Of a stretch of 64,000 nt of DNA, positions 51,167 to 64,000 are shown in pieces. The stretch covers positions 3,100,001 to 3,164,000 of the forward strand of contig CM039004.1 of NCBI GenBank assembly GCA_017499595.2, read 5' to 3'. Position 1 is the first letter of the stretch. Each line of letters opens with the position of its first letter. The notes below the pieces were generated by a model. The model had not been told where the DNA came from, did no database searches, and saw only the letters and a list, made by a program, of their open reading frames with translations. The position numbers were made by a program, and so were the translations under genes. This DNA is from Psilocybe cubensis. Lineage: Eukaryota.

Positions 51167-52454
51167 ATGAATGACACGGTCTCAAGCCTAATCAGCACAC
51201 TTCGAAGCAACCTTATCAAGGTGGTTTTGATGTGGTCTACTCTGCTGATAGGTGTAGCACTCAAACCTTCACAAACCCGACGGACCATATTTTTTGCTCT
51301 ATCCTGCCTATTGTTTGGTAGTATCGTTTTTCAACCTTCCACATCCAACCATCGAGATGCTCCCATGATTCGATATCTTTTTGGCCTTGCATCTGCCAAT
51401 TTAATGGCTCAAGCGTCCGACTTCCTGTTTCTCAATGAACCTCATTTAACATTACGACGAAACGGACAAATCAAATCTCCTAGTGAAATGGATTTATACT
51501 CCAGGATGAACTGGGCGAATGATCTCATATCTAATACGAGAGGTGTAAATTGGAACTACGAAGCACCTGCTTTGCGGCGTTCTTCCAAATCGCGTTGGGG
51601 CTTTGTCATAGACAATATCTTGAAGACTATATGCCTTTATCTTGTTTGGGATATCATCTCCTACGTTATGCGACACAACCCTGCTTTCCATCGCGATAAT
51701 AATGAGCCGATGGGGGCCCATGGCTTTCTATGGCAAATTTGGAACGCCATGGGATACTGGACCGCATTGTACTGTTTCATTAGGTTAAACCATACCTTGA
51801 GTTCCGCACTCATTGTCATGGTGGGTGAAGGGGAGCCAAAGGACTACCCTGATATGACAGGCCCGCTCAGCGAAACGACAACTGTTCGTAAATTTTGGGG
51901 GTGAGTCCTATAATTCGTCAACCTCAGCCAGGCGCTAATCGAGTCCCTCTGGTTCAGCCGAACATGGCATCAATCACTACGTCGGGTGAGTATTTAATTT
52001 TTTACTTCTACATTGTCTCCTGTCTTATAGCTCTGCGATACACCAGATGGTTTCTGCACATGGAAAACATTTTGCGAATGTTTTCCTTGGTTATCCTAAA
52101 GGAACTCTCATGTCTGCTTACCTCCAACTATTCGTCGCTTTCTTGGTCTCCGGGATCATCCATGGCACGGCTGATTTTGTGGCCATACGAAATGTGACTT
52201 CATTTTACAGAAATATCCTCTTCTTTACTTTACAAGCAGCCGCCATAGCGTTTGAAGACGGTATGATATTTTTAGGGAAGCGAATGAAACTTGAAAGAGT
52301 GCCAAAGGCTTTAGGATACGCATGGGTGGTAGCATGGCTAGCATTATCCGGTCCTATTTGGTTGGAGACTTTGATAACTGGGCGTTTACTACTTCAGGTT
52401 TTGCTTCCTATTCGAGTTTCTCTGTTGAATTTTCTATTATACAGAAAGGTTTAA
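51167..52454 (+). CDS. Membrane-bound O-acyltransferase (MBOAT_2 / wax-synthase-like)
   Basis: Hydrophobic segments, RGVNWN, TVRKFWGRTWHQSLRR, AFLVSGIIH (catalytic His) and FFTLQAAAIAFED. TATA at ~51122. Confidence 0.88.
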
Positions 52455-52538
52455 GACAAATAGATCATCTTAAAACTCTAGTAGACTGGCTATGTAAAAT
52501 TTATATAACTAGTTTTGTACGGATAAGCTCTGGCCCAG

Positions 52539-52760
52539 ATTGGTGTTCCAATGCGCGACCGCCTTCAAACAAACGGCCTCTCTTCCCTCTTTCATGTCAC
52601 ACCAGACGACTTTATTCCATCGTTATTGTTAATTGACACCCAGAAAATTGACAACATCCTCAATATGAAATACAGCGATAAAATACCTCCTGAGGAAGTC
52701 AGGCAAGCTGTAATCGGCGGGAAGAAGACCCAGACGGACTATATTATACAATCAGCTTGA
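52539..52760 (+). pseudogene. Partial duplicate of an internal segment of the downstream MYND gene
   Basis: FHVTPDDFIPSLLLIDTQKIDNILNMKYSDKIPPEEVRQAVIGGK versus FHVTPDDFIPSLSLSDIEKIDALLRIKHSDKIPPEEVKQAVMGGK at ~53865-54000. Confidence 0.75.
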
Positions 52761-52909
52761 AGCTTGAAGCTTGAAGTCTCGGCCCTGCATCGGCGTCCTA
52801 CTATATATAAACTCCGATAAAGCAACTTTTCACATATGAGACTTCACCACAACGGACCCCTAGTTGCCACCCATTTGAATCTTTGCTTTATACCTGCATT
52901 TCTACTCTG

Positions 52910-54306
52910 ATGAATGACCCTCTTGGATCAGCCTTTGCCGATGTTCCCAAGTTGGACTTTCACTCTGTCAATATTTCCATCAATAACTAATATTTTGTCT
53001 TTCAATAATTTCAGTTTAGACCCACTGTTGTTGGTCGATATATATGGAACCTGCGCGACATCAAAATTGGTTCAATGCCGCACATTTGGCTGCCGCAGGG
53101 TCGACGTATCCCAAAAGTTTTTTAAAAAACCTGAAGAAGTGTTTGATCTCACACCTCATGATTTTATGATGCGAAAGAATGTACTGAAGCAGGTCAGGGA
53201 TTGGGTCAAGCAGCACGGAAAGAAACGGTTAAGGGAATGGGTCCCTATTGCCTACTTGTATGAGGTTAGTATTATGATCATGTCAGATCTCTACCTTGGA
53301 TGGACGACATTGTCGCATTCCCGTGTACACACTCATCAGCTTCTCTACTCAGATTGTCAAAGCGTCAGCAAAGAAAACGGTGCGTGAGATGCTAAGATGT
53401 GAAACCTCCTGTGCCAGAAACTGAGATATATGTTCAAGAGAGATTGGGGACATCTTCTGTTCACCGATTTGACGACAACTCGATTCTTGATCGTTATGAC
53501 ATTTCCAGAAGCATGCAGTACGTTCCCTTCGAGCTTGTCTCAAACGTCTCGACATACTCAGTTCCTTCTGACCCCCGATCAGAGTGCGGGAACCTCTCTC
53601 ACCACGACTTCGAAGCGATGACAAAGTACCAGGCAGACCGTATGATGTCCTTGCTCACATACCTTTATCATTCGCGTAAACCTGCCTGGTAGGTCATGTT
53701 GCGATCTCATATACCATGTCTTTAATTTGAATTTTTTTAGGGTCCGTGCTACCTATGTCACTCCCAGAAACAACTTTAATCTTGAGCCCCTGTTTTTAAA
53801 CTCGGACGATCCGTTTTCGCCAGCGAGATTACGCTACAGCATTAGAAGAGGAATTCCTCCTATCTTTCACGTCACACCGGACGACTTCATTCCATCGCTA
53901 TCGTTAAGCGACATCGAGAAAATAGACGCTCTGCTCAGGATAAAACACAGTGATAAAATACCGCCTGAGGAAGTCAAGCAAGCTGTAATGGGCGGAAAGG
54001 ACGTTGTTAAGCCGCTAGTCGAATCAAAGATGTTCAAAGGAAAGAACCCAAGGAAATGCTCGTTCTGCAGTGTGGTGAAGGACAAAGACTTGTTGGTTTG
54101 TTCGAGGTGAGCTGGTTTATGATCCATCAAAGCTTCATTATGGTGTTCATGACAGAGTCTAGGTGCAAGCTTGTGTACTATTGTGATCGTGAGTGGTGCG
54201 TAAATCTTTTAATAGGCTTGATTATGACCAACACACTAATCGGCACAACAAATTGGCCAGCCAAAAACAGGCTTGGCCGGCTCACAAACGCTTTTGCAAG
54301 GTCTAG
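52910..54306 (+). CDS. MYND-type zinc finger protein
   Basis: Spliced C-terminus CSFC...[31 protein letters not shown]; first exon MNDPLGSAFADVP with intron 52951-53014. Confidence 0.82.
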
Positions 54307-56018
54307 AATCGGAGATCCACATCAAGATGGCAGTTGTACAATAAAGATAAAAGAAAGGTTGCCGATAGCAGGTATATCGAAAGGTAAAGATAAACTAGAG
54401 CATCACAAATCCACCAAGTTGTATTGACGGAATTGACGCCCGTCGGACAACTCCAAAAATTACAAGTTCCGACACGGACATGTTAATCTCCGGCCACACC
54501 AGACTACTCACGAATGTCTTTTTCTTTTATATGAATAGGCTTTTCATGCACTCTATGCAATTGCGTATGTCACCACATGCAAAACCATATCATATAGCAT
54601 AACATAGTAAGCAAATACATCAAATGGATCGGATATCCACAAGACATAAAGCATAGTAAAACAGATATAAGCTCTAGGTATCTGTCAAATACAAAAATAA
54701 GGGTAAAGCCAAGCCTAGCAGCCATGACCCGGTAACAACTATATAACAATGTAAGAATATAAAGGCGTAAGAAGGCAAGAAAAAAAAGCGCCAACCACAA
54801 CTAAAAGTCTAAAACTCAAGTAAAAGAAAACAAATCGAGTGGGGTATTTTGTTTTCAAAGAAAACAACATATATACATTATCAAGGGGGTAGAGGGAAAA
54901 CGTAAGCATGCTCGACACCTCCCCTCCACCCTCTTCAAGCAAATAGAATACTGGTCACAGGCAGGTAGGTAGGTAGTAAAGAAAAGACGAGAGAAACGGA
55001 TGGATATCATAGACAAAAAAGGGGGAAATTCGAATAAAAGGTACACGGCAGGAACGGAGGGAATGAATGAAGGTGGGAGATAAGCGGACGGAGGAAAGGG
55101 GGGGATATAACAAGCCGACGAACGGGGGTAGTGGATATAAGCTTTCCAAACGTCGAAATTCAAAGCAAAAAGGACGATAATAGAACACAGAAATACGAAG
55201 CACGAAAACAAACAAACGAGACTAAAGCTAAAAAGTATAAAACCAAGAAAAGAAGTAAAAGGTAAAAAAATAGTTGTCAATAAAAGGCTTAGAGTACAGA
55301 GACACAACATAGACAGAGACATAGAGGAGAAAAAGAAAGAAGATACTAGGGGGCGGCCAGATATAAAAAAAATGAAGAAGGAAGAATGAAGTTATTCCGT
55401 AATGAAATCGACCCTTTTGTGAACCGACTCCTCCGCCCGAAGCTATAAAGGGAAAAAAAGAAACAGGAAAGTAAAAGGATGTACATAATAAACATAGGCA
55501 TATTATCAATACGAGTGGTGGGGGTTGGGTGGATGAAGTGTCCTAAAAAGGAGACAGACGACGAGGAACTAGGTAGATGATAAGAAACAAAGAGATAGAA
55601 AGAAATATACGATACGCAAGAGGAAAGCAGAAACATTTTTTATCCGAAAACACGAATAAAATATGTAGATCGCTGTTGGAATTATAAGGATTAAAGAGGT
55701 CGGATGAGAGGAAAGGAACGAGGATTCGGAGGACCAAGGGGGATATCCGAAACCAGTAAACACAGGCAAATGCGTGAATGGAATTAATCGAATGAAGTGT
55801 CCGGTAAGAGGCGAGAAATAGGAAAAACACAGGATCCAAGGTGAAGTTGGAGGGACCAGAGCATACGAGGAGGTTGATGGTTTTAAATACAGCAAAAACG
55901 AGCGCACAAAAACCGTAAAAAAGAGTGAGAACACACTTCTTCTTGCGCGCACTGATAGATGTGAGAATAAAGCGCGATACGACGGACACGTCTAAGACAA
56001 CACCTCTCTTTTGGAGTT

Positions 56019-59000
56019 CTAATCACGAGTAGCAGTTGAATCGATGATAGGCCATATCGGAGCTTTCTCGCGGTCCGCGTTGGAGCTAGGCTTGTTCAGG
56101 GGAACAGCAGGAGCAGGAGCAGGAGCGACAACAGCTGCAGGGGCAGCGACTGCAGGTCCCGCACCGCTCGTCGTGGCCGCCGACGATCCAGGCGACGACT
56201 GCGACGCAGCCGCAAGCTGAGGCGACTGCCTCCTCGATCCTGGTGGTGGTGGCAACGACTGTTGCTGAATACCCGCTGGGAGATGATGGATCTGACTAGG
56301 CGAATGCTGTTGTTGTTGCTGTTGTGCCTGCGCCGCCAATCCTCTCATCTCATCCAACGTCCTCTTCACGCCGGCCATGATCCTGTCGGTCCTCTCCATC
56401 ATCTCCTCCCACTTCCTCTTCTGCTCGGAGAGCTCAAAGTAGTGCCTCTCCAGGTCCATGTAGCTCGGTATACCAAGACCTCCAAGAGCAACGCCAGCAG
56501 CGACCATCAAACTCGACATCTCGCTGTGCGGCGACCCACCTCCTCCTCCAACGGCTCCAGGTCCTCCAGCGTAATATTGCTGTTGCTGTTGCTGCTGTTG
56601 AGCAGCACCAGCCGCCGACGATCCAGCAGGTCCTAAAGGCGAGTGAGTCCTACTTGGCGCATTGGATCCCGAACGGATATAACTAGAAGGCGCACTCGCA
56701 CTGCCCAAGAATGCTGCTCCGCCATTGTTCAGCGCCGCCAGCGACGGAAGCTCGAATCCGGGTCCGGCAACAGGGAACGCGGGCAATCCGCCTCGCGGGA
56801 GGTACTCCTGGTTCCGCGACGGCGCCCTGTGCGGCGACGCCGAGCGTTCACCGCCGTTCCATCCATTGACGCTCCCAGCAGCACCACCGCCAGGCGCACG
56901 CCTCTTTCTCTGCGACTGTTGCTGCTGCTGTTCTCTCGGATCTTCGTCGTCGTCTCCGTCCATGAGCACATCATCGTCCTTGTCACGTGACATCTTGCCC
57001 GTTCGCCTCGTACGCTTCTTCTTAGGCTGGTCGTCGCCTTCACCGTCGCTGTCCTCGGCATTGCCACCAGGTGAGAGATTGACACGGCCGACAGCCACGA
57101 GCGCCTCAGCGGCCGCTTGATCCGACATACGGCCTGTGACACTAATGCCACCAGGTGCACCAGGCGCAGCGGGCACTCGCTTCCGTCGCTTGATGACGGT
57201 CTTCTTCATAGAATTGGGGCGGTGGGTTCCGTGCAGCTTGAAGTAGAGACCTAGATTAAGATGAAAGGAAGAGGAGGAAGTGGAAAGGATGAGGGAAGAA
57301 AAGAGGGAAGAATATCGCGTGTGAGCCAAATTGCCAAACCCTTATCTAAACACACCAAAAAGACAGCAAAGAAAGAGAGACACAGAAAAGACACCAATGC
57401 AATCAAAGAGTTCGAGAGCGAACAGAAAATAGGAGCAGCCAAGGGAAAAAAAGGAAAACTCAAAAGGTCCCAAATAGAAACGAAAAGGACGAAAAAAGTA
57501 GAGAGAAATATAACCCTTGTCCGAAAATCGGGTTTAACAATGCTCATTTATCCACCCGTCAGAAGGACGGATGAGAAAGAACAAGCACACCAGAAATAAG
57601 ACACCGCTCGAACGGACGGTATCCTATCCCATCCCACCACCCAACGCAGCAAAAACAATGAAAAAAGAAGAAAAAAAAAAACAGGCAAAAAAAAAGAAAA
57701 CGGTGCCGTGGGATAGGACGAAATGGATGGGATGAAATTAGGCTAATGGACCCCGGTAACGAGGAGGAAAAAAACCAGAAACAGGGTCCGGGCGAGAGAA
57801 GTCCCCAACTCTCGAAAAACCCATACCCATGACCATGAGTCGATCGTTATCTGATAAGATGTGGGAAACCAAGATTCCGCCACTCCAGTCCCCCTCATGC
57901 TCGGAGGCACGTTGAGATGATGTGAGCAGCACATATTCAATCCCTAGGGAGCACCAAGAAAAAGCTCCTGCCGGACTGTGCCCCCAAAAAAACCCATCCA
58001 TTCATTCAGCCATCGCCTGGCATGCCCGAGAGAGCCAAAGTCCCAAATTCAAGTCATGTGGATAAAACAAATGCAAAAAAAAAAACACAGAAATCGCAAG
58101 TCCAAAAGAACAGAAACCCAAAAAAAAACACAGAGAAAGAAAAGAAAAAAGGGAAAAAGGAAAAAAAAAACCAACAACTCACCACAAGCATTACAAATAT
58201 TATTCCCCACATCATCCCTCCTCCAAAGTGGAGTCGTACTCGTCCCGCAATTCGCACAGCAAAGCGCACCAACAGCCGGGCGCGCCTTACGGTTCGCCGC
58301 CGCACTTGCACTGGCACCTACACTCGCACTTCCACCCGCACTGGCACTAGCAACACCAACCGCACCACTGGCATCACTGTCGACGCCCGCACCCGGCGAA
58401 CCCGGCACACCGTCCTCACCGCCATCTTTCACCATCATCATAACCACATCCTCCGCACCGTCCTCACCACCCGCACCTTCACCACCTTCAGACGACGCAG
58501 CTGCAGCCTGCATCGCACTTTCGATCCTAGCCGTTAATGCCAACACATTATTGTACGTCGGACACCCGCTGCACGCGCTCGTTCCGCCTGTACCATCGCA
58601 CCGCCCATCGCCAGGACACGTACCGCCCGCTGCGTTCGTGTGGGGGCCTATCGGCTTGGCGTTGTTGGAGCTGGACGCAGAGGAGGCAGCTGCGTTGGCC
58701 GCGGCGACAGCAGCAGCCGCTACAGACGTCGGCGAGGACGTCAACGCAGGGTCAACAACAACAATCTTGCTCGGCGTCGCAGGAGGCACCGCATTGGCAG
58801 CAGCAGCAGCAGCAGCGGCCGCGGCCGCTGCCCGAGCCGACGGTGGCGCAAACGGTGACGGGCCAACCGTCGTCGTCGCTGGAGCCGTTGTCGTACTTGA
58901 AGCGGCGGCGGGGGGTGCAGCACCGTTGTTAGCTGAAGACGAGTTGGCAGTCGTCGTAGGCGGAGTCGTCGTCCGCCCAAGGGAAGAAGGTCGAGGCATG

Positions 59001-62000
59001 TGTCTCGATTTTTGATAGAGACCTGGAGGCATCGGGGGCACCAACAAGGCAAATGACGAAGGGGAATAATTTGACGTGAACCAAGGGAAATGGCGGTATA
59101 CGAATGCGAGTATGCGTTCAATTACCGTCGTCGTCGTTGTCGTGCGTCGTACGTCGTCGTTGTGTTCGTCGTCGTCAGTGTCGTACACCGAGTATCGTGT
59201 TCAGATTTCGTTTCGGTTTTCGGTTTCGGGTTGGGATTCGTGTCGCGGGTTGCAAGTCGCAGGTTTACAAGTCAAAGTATCGTTCGGTACGAGTTGCAAG
59301 TTGCAAGTTGTCAAAGTGGACAGTAACACCAAGTGGATAAGTGAGGATAAGTGCCAGCAAAACGGTATCGAGGGGTATACAGAAAACCAAAAAATGAGGT
59401 ATCCGTGTGGTGCGTGTCGTTCGTAAGGTCGCAGTTTGATGTCGAGGTCGAGGTCAAGGTCGAGGTTATGGTGATGATAGTCGTGGTTGTAGTCGTAGGT
59501 CGTGGCCAAGATGCCGGTCGTATTCGTATCAGCATCCGTATTCGTATTCATGGCAGACATGCCGCATTGCGTAGCGAGCAAAACACAACACAGCACCAAG
59601 ATAGGAGGAGTCATGCAGAGCAAAGCAAAGCAAAACGCAAAACGCAAACATTGAACCATTCGACATTGGGGTAAATGGGGGGTTGGGGTGGGGTGGTTGG
59701 TTGGTTGTAGATGATAGGATGTCGATGAGAGGAAACAAGCATAGAAAAAAGGGGAAAAAACGGAGAAAGTTAGCAACCAGTAAAAAACGAGGCTCGATCA
59801 CATAAAAACAAAACTCCAAAGGGTAAAAAGGGATGAGGGATGCGGGTGGCAAGCGGGACGACTCGACTCGACTTGAGACTCGAGACATCATTAATTGTCG
59901 AGCGCAAGAAGGAAGCACCAGCCAACGAACGAACGGAGGGGAAGAGGGGTGTTGGCGCCCCGAAGGAAAAAACGAAACGAGTCAATCAAGAAAGAAAGAA
60001 AAAAAGCGAAAAGTAAAAAGTAAAAAAGCAATGAGATCAAGATCAATGAAGAAGAAGAGAGATGACCCCAAATGAAGCCATCACGAGCAAAAAATGAAAA
60101 AAATGAACAATGAAAAAGGCTAAAAAGGCGCCTCGGACCAGAGACAAGCGATCACGACAACAACATCAAGACTGACAGATACACCGGCCCTGCATATGAT
60201 TATAAACTGAGCAGCAGCAGCACGTTTTCTTTATATTCTTTTGATACCGGCGGGGGTGTGCTCAGGAGAGCGACCGTTGTAGATGATAAAGTGCGTCTGC
60301 GATGTGGTAACGTGTGCCAGTAGCGTAGGCAGACCACAGAGAGCGATAGAAGATAGAAGATAGAGAGATAGTCGATTTCGATAACCCAGCACCAGCACCA
60401 GGTTTAAAAAGCCTTCTTCTTCCTCTCAAGAAAGAGATAGAAAGATAAAGAACAAGATAGAAGATGAACCCATGCAGGGATAGAGAAGGGTATAAGTATA
60501 AGTATACCCAAGCACACCCAAGAAGAGAACAGAACAGAAAGAGAAAGGAAGAAGCCAGCCGAAAACGAGGCAGGCAATTGGTCGGAGCGACAAGTCTTCC
60601 TTCCTTCCATCGCACTTCGTCTCCCTCCCTCACATTCATATGACACAAGTTAAAAATAAGCAGGGTTTTGATGTGCTGTGCAGAAACCCACAACCACAAC
60701 CAGACCACTGTATAGTTAACCGAGATCTGGTTCCGTTCCATTTCAATATCAAATTCATTTTATCCACCCACCCATCCACACCGACTCACGTACCCCCCTT
60801 TAACCCAATCACCAAGGAGGGGCTGCGGCGCAATAAAGATGAGTGTGCGCGTGCGGCGTAATGTGGATGGAAGCTGCAGATGGACAGGGGGGAAACATGA
60901 GAGGGGGTTGTAAGTGGAAAGGGTGGGGCCGGCCGACTGCCAGGCAGGCAGACAGCATGCAGGCATCAAAGGTCAAGTAGATCAAGGGGGAGCGTCTGTG
61001 CGTAATAGGTCCAACAACAGCACAAGCAACACAAGCACAAGCACAAAGAAAGAACGAAAGGTGGAGGGGGAAGAGCGTGAAGGACTCTATAGTCGGGGAA
61101 GGAATCTGCAATCTCCATCTCCATCTCAGATGAAGCTTGTCGATCGCCGGAAGAGTATAATTGGAAAGAATAGTCCAAGCAACGGCTCGAAGCAGAAAAG
61201 GTACGAAAAAAGAAAAAAGCAAATAAGAGCCGAAGGCATAATTCGATCCACATAAGAGATACGAATAAGAAAAGAGAGAGCAAGTAAAGAGTGCAATGGT
61301 TACAGCCCAAGGGGTGGGAGGGGGTCATATGAACCAGAAACAACAAGACACAACCCAGCATACACCCGCCTCGTGTCCGCCACACCAATTATGAAAAGAT
61401 ATCATATAGATCCGTCGACTCGAACAACCCGTCACCGCGTTATAACGACAGTTGAACTGATTGTCCCGTCACGAGATATCCGCGAAACTATGCCTCTGTG
61501 CGGAAAGATAACGATAGAAATAGAAATAGCGAAGACGAAGTAGTAAAGTCAAAGCCAAAAACACAGAACCTTGACCCGAGCAACCGAACAACGAAAACGA
61601 TCTCAAAAACCACCCTTGTGAGATCTTTGAAACGTGTACAACTTCCACCTCAACTGCGAGCCCATGTACTAGATATTGAGATATCCAGAAAACCCCAAAC
61701 CCAAAGGGCCAAGGGGTATGCGTGGACAGTGCATGTCCAGCATACAAGAAGGTCACGCCGTCCAGAGGTCCAAGCGCACCATCTCCGGTGTGCTCACTCC
61801 CACAGAACCCGAGTGCCCCGGCGGCCACGCGTCTCGCAATCGTTCCAGGGCAACAACCAACAACTATTCGAAGTATGGTGGGGATGGGACGTGGGGGTGG
61901 CTGGGCAGGGTGTAGCTGTACCGCAGCAAACCAACTGAAGGGCCGAAGAACAGTTGCAGATAGATAGAAGGACGCGGCAAGATGTCACGTCATCTCGATA

Positions 62001-62572
62001 GAGATAGAGATATGGAGCCAAACCAGTCTAACACCCAAAGCAGAACTGACAGGCAGGGTCTGCAAAGATAAGACAAGCAAAAAAAGGGAAAAAAGGGAAG
62101 AGAAAACGTAAAGAACAAAGAGAAAAAGCGCGTCTCGTCCACCACGTGTCGTATAGAGTCCGTCCGTGCCAGTGGCCATTCATCCCAGGGAGGAAAAGGA
62201 AGGGAAAGAGAGACAGAAAGCGACTCACCACACGCATTGCAGACGGTGTTTCCTGAGGGATCGCGCCTCCATAGAGGGCTGTCGGTGACACCGCAGTTGG
62301 AGCAGCTCGTGCGCGACGGTGTAATGACATTCGCGGAGAAGTTGAACTCTTCTTGGCCACCTGTAAGACCCAGCAGATGAGCGAACACAATCTTCCCTGC
62401 AAAAGCACTGCAAGAACTCACTCTGGCCGTTTGGACTGCTGCTACTCTGGCCGGGACCGGCCTCTGACGTAGCACCGCCATTCTGTGTGAACTGCTGCTG
62501 TATCCGTGCCATGGTAGACATGTTGGTGTTGTGCAAATTCAATGCTGGAGATTCGAGCACGACGGGGGACAT
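56019..62572 (-). CDS. sreA: Iron-responsive GATA repressor (SreA/Urbs1/Fep1 type)
   Basis: ZF1 [28 protein letters not shown], iron-sensing Cys region [24 protein letters not shown]2 [37 protein letters not shown] and a C-terminal coiled coil. Introns ~62422-62362, 62228-59023 and 58182-57251. Confidence 0.92.
57847..57857. promoter_or_regulatory. SreA/Urbs1-type site (ATCWGATAA) inside an SRE intron
   Basis: TTATCTGATAA, an inverted double GATAA. Confidence 0.5.
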
Positions 62573-62898
62573 CCTTTGATTCGCGCGAATGAGAAAGAGG
62601 AAAAGGGCCCTATGTGATTTTTTTTATCAGGGAGAGATATAGATTAGGTGAAGACAGCCTAATAGAGATCTGCCACGAGGGCAGGTGTGTCAGCACGGAG
62701 TTTGGTTGTGGAAGAAAGCAAGAGAGACGGAGACGACGTACAAAGAAGGCTGGCCACTGTGTCTGACGATGGGGACGAGTCGGAGGGTGGGGAAGAATGG
62801 AGGGAGGATATTAAGGGAGGATGCTAGTGGAAAGTGAGCAAGGGGGAGGGGAGGGCGGGAAAGTAGAGCTGGAGATAATGTGAGATAACACGGCCCAG

Positions 62899-62918
62899 CC
62901 AATCACAGCCGGCATGTT
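62899..62918 (+). promoter_or_regulatory. Putative CCAAT-binding complex/HapX bipartite site upstream of SRE
   Basis: CCAAT-N12-GTT fits CSAAT-N12-RWT; flanked by GATAA sites at ~62874, ~62885 and ~62926. Confidence 0.45.
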
Positions 62919-64000
62919 TGTCTTAGATAACTCTTTTAATCGCCGCCGAACCGAACTGAGCCGGCTCGGCTTACAAATTTAATCTAATCAGTCACACAAC
63001 AGAGGCCGAGCCGCCAAGCCAGGCAGCCGGTTTGATCTAATCTCCGCTCAGAGCTCTCATGCACGTCCACATTCCAGTAAACTCGCTCGGAGTGATTAGG
63101 TCCTCCGTCCGCTCGGGTCACACTAGCTAGCCCCCAGGAGATAACAACGGACGGCAACCTCCTTTCTATTCCCTGACACCCCTTCTTATCAACATTCTGG
63201 CATTCTAGTCTTGATTTTTAATTCCACCCCTTCTAATCCCTCATTTAATCTCTGCGCTTCAGCAAGGTGCGGCGCGCGGCGGTGGCGGCGAAGTAGTACC
63301 AGGATGCGTTTTGCACGCAATCTCACAGAATATACACGCGTAAGGTACTGGAGTAAATGATCACCACAGCTAACTACGCGCATATTAGCGTTTGTCCGCT
63401 TACACTCGGGTTCCCACATATACCCACCGCGCCTGACTTGTGCGTTTCCAAAGCATGGTAACTGCTCCGAGACCGACAGCCCCGCCCTGCTCGAAACCTT
63501 AGCGGCGGATGTCTGTTGGGTTTTGCACCCCGAAATTAGTGGTACGATAACTTCAAGTTGCATATGTGGACAGTGTTTTGCCCTCCCAACTCCCCGCCAA
63601 CCCACAATGACATTCTAAATGACACACACACCGGACAAACCTCCGCATCGTGCCGCACTTCACAGTTCACCGTTCAAAAAATTCTCTCCAAAAAATTTTC
63701 ATATACATATGTATCATTGCATGTACGTACACATTCGCAACCCACTAGCCGCTAATAGCGTTCCAATACCAATATGGCAGTTACCCACTAAGGCATTTAC
63801 CCCGCCACAGATAAACAAAGTGTACAGGTCCCAACGACCCTGCTACCACCATCACATCAGACATCAGAAATTTTAAAGAAAGCAACTTTTTCCAAGATGA
63901 ACCGTTGATGACTTGGACGAAAAAAGACCAAGCCCCACAACCACAACCTTGATTCATAAAATAAGCTGATCTTCTTCTTCCCAAGAAACGATTTAAACTT

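Noticed and set aside
52836-52910. 24-codon uORF whose TGA overlaps the MYND ATG
   Set aside because: Its ATG is ~30 nt from the TATA box, probably at or before the transcription start; cannot be supported without 5'-end data.
54570-55990. Several Phe/Leu-rich minus-strand ORFs resembling membrane proteins
   Set aside because: Artefacts of T-rich sequence downstream of SRE (probable 3' UTR); no motifs.
57978-59015. 345-aa plus-strand ORF, and similar long ORFs opposite the calpain, Opi1 and HSE1 exons
   Set aside because: Antisense shadows of GC-rich coding exons.

Overview
Intron-rich fungal genomic DNA, most likely an agaricomycete basidiomycete (inferred from ~50-70 nt GT-AG introns, an AgaK1-type kinase and an Agaricales-style NACHT gene). 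About 19 protein-coding genes can be supported: a partial AgaK1-like kinase, two tandem calpain-like proteases plus a third dispersed copy, an M43 metalloprotease, a small membrane protein, mitoribosomal DAP3/RSM23, a long Ser-rich orphan, a divergent MMS2/HSE1 pair, an intronless DJ-1/PfpI gene, an Opi1-family factor, a NACHT/STAND (NLR-like) protein, a C2H2 factor, HAUS6, a secreted phytase-like protein, an MBOAT acyltransferase, a MYND-finger protein and the iron-responsive GATA repressor (SreA/Urbs1 type). The most interesting element is an NLR whose true first exon, missed by the ORF track, encodes a short amyloid-signalling-like peptide (MSFAGANNVVITNGTFS). It lies 374 bp downstream of a calpain paralog with an altered catalytic triad (His->Leu, Asn->Asp), making a candidate NLR/(pseudo)calpain immune module. 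Other notable items are unusually large introns and iron-regulatory motifs in the SRE gene, a 13-nt microexon and poly-Thr tract shared by all three calpains, a duplicated MYND-gene fragment that could splice in frame onto the MBOAT gene, and an intronic repeat in the Opi1 gene. I saw no rRNA, tRNA, CRISPR array or intact transposon. Gene models were read by eye and no database searches were run.
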